A DNA stretch of 64,000 nucleotides from Candidatus Melainabacteria bacterium. Its GTDB lineage: Bacteria > Cyanobacteriota > Vampirovibrionia > 2-02-FULL-35-15. The position numbers were made by a program, and so were the translations under genes. The notes beneath the pieces are model-generated. The model was given only the letters and a program-made list of their open reading frames with translations, made no database searches and had not been told where the DNA came from. Each line of letters begins with the position of its first letter. Position 1 is the first letter of the stretch. Shown here in pieces: positions 63,711-64,000 of this stretch. The DNA lies in contig JAHFBF010000001.1 in the NCBI GenBank assembly GCA_023250195.1, positions 273,907 to 337,906 of the forward strand, in the 5' to 3' direction.

Positions 63711-64000
63711 CTAGAAATCTTCATTTAAACTAAATTCATATGCTTTTGTTTTATTGCTGTTCATAACACCAGCCTTTTGATATTCACCAACTCTTTTTTC
63801 AAAGAAATTTGTTTTTCCCTGCAATGAAATGAGTTCCATAAAATCAAAAGGATTAGTTTTATGATACAACTTTGGATAACCTAAAGCAACAATCAAACGA
63901 TCAGCTACAAACTCTATATACTGACACATAAGTTTTGAGTTCATACCAATTAAATCTACCGGCAATGCACTTGTAACAAATTCTTTTTCAATTTCTACCG
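63711..64000 (-). CDS. nrdB: ribonucleotide reductase small subunit, C-terminal part (gene continues beyond window end)
   Basis: ...YIEFVADRL...[26 protein letters not shown]...FSLNEDF C-terminal R1-binding tail. Confidence 0.8.
   Translation of the reverse strand, partial: VEIEKEFVTSALPVDLIGMNSKLMCQYIEFVADRLIVALGYPKLYHKTNPFDFMELISLQGKTNFFEKRVGEYQKAGVMNSNKTKAYEFSLNEDF

Overview
AT-rich (roughly 33-36% GC by eye) chromosomal segment of a diderm (Gram-negative-type) bacterium; the taxon cannot be assigned from sequence alone.

The backbone is ordinary housekeeping genes:
- DNA replication and repair: recF, a DUF721 gene, gyrB, ligA, and nrdB-nrdA (class Ia ribonucleotide reductase).
- Translation: pheS, serS, tRNA-Val(TAC), tRNA-Pro(TGG), rluD.
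- Envelope: lpxA, lspA, lepB, murJ, an LptD-like outer-membrane protein, an MlaD/MCE protein, a periplasmic thioredoxin.
- Metabolism: prs, nadE, leuCD, a futalosine-pathway MqnA-like gene, asnB-family amidotransferase, gmd, a B12-binding radical SAM gene.
- Methionine-salvage neighbourhood: RuBisCO-like protein mtnW-like, mtnX-like, mtnB-like, convergent mtnD-like, then an agmatinase-like gene.
- Signalling: three sensor kinase / response regulator genes.
- Accessory enzymes: patatin, an endonuclease/exonuclease/phosphatase (EEP)-family secreted protein, an HTTM-domain protein, a PAP2/vanadium-haloperoxidase-like protein.

What is unusual is the density of small palindromic repeats, not one gene cluster. 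I found at least four families:
- (A) About 95-bp elements with GTCATTGCGAG...CTCGCAATGAC termini, at least 8 copies. Several sit inside ORFs in frame (ligA, an RNase-H-like hypothetical, an OMP N-terminus, the lspA C-terminus), which is the behaviour described for Rickettsia palindromic elements.
- (B) About 85-bp intergenic elements of the form ...CGTGCTTACGCAC...ATCGGATTTGCCGAATAAATCGGACAAATCC.
- (C) About 87-bp GTCATTCCCGC...GCGGGAATGAC elements, one of them in frame inside a secreted EEP-family protein.
- (P) 27-30-nt GC-rich perfect palindromes of the type GTAGGTGCAGG..CCTGCACCTAC, one in frame inside recF and one inside an ureohydrolase gene.

Other points of note:
- A four-helix-bundle (23S-IVS-type) gene sits between a histidine kinase and its response regulator, flanked by inverted GAGATCAGAG repeats that supply the C-terminal codons of both the kinase and the four-helix-bundle gene.
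- Both tRNA genes sit in the same repeat module: a CTGATYTCTGA motif, then the tRNA, then a family-B element.
- nrdA and nrdB are strikingly eukaryote-like.
- Seven slightly GC-richer orphan ORFs are scattered singly between housekeeping genes. They include a divergent pair of glycine-rich membrane proteins and a 353-aa protein with a papain-like Cys...His arrangement.

I saw no CRISPR array, rRNA, integrase or prophage.
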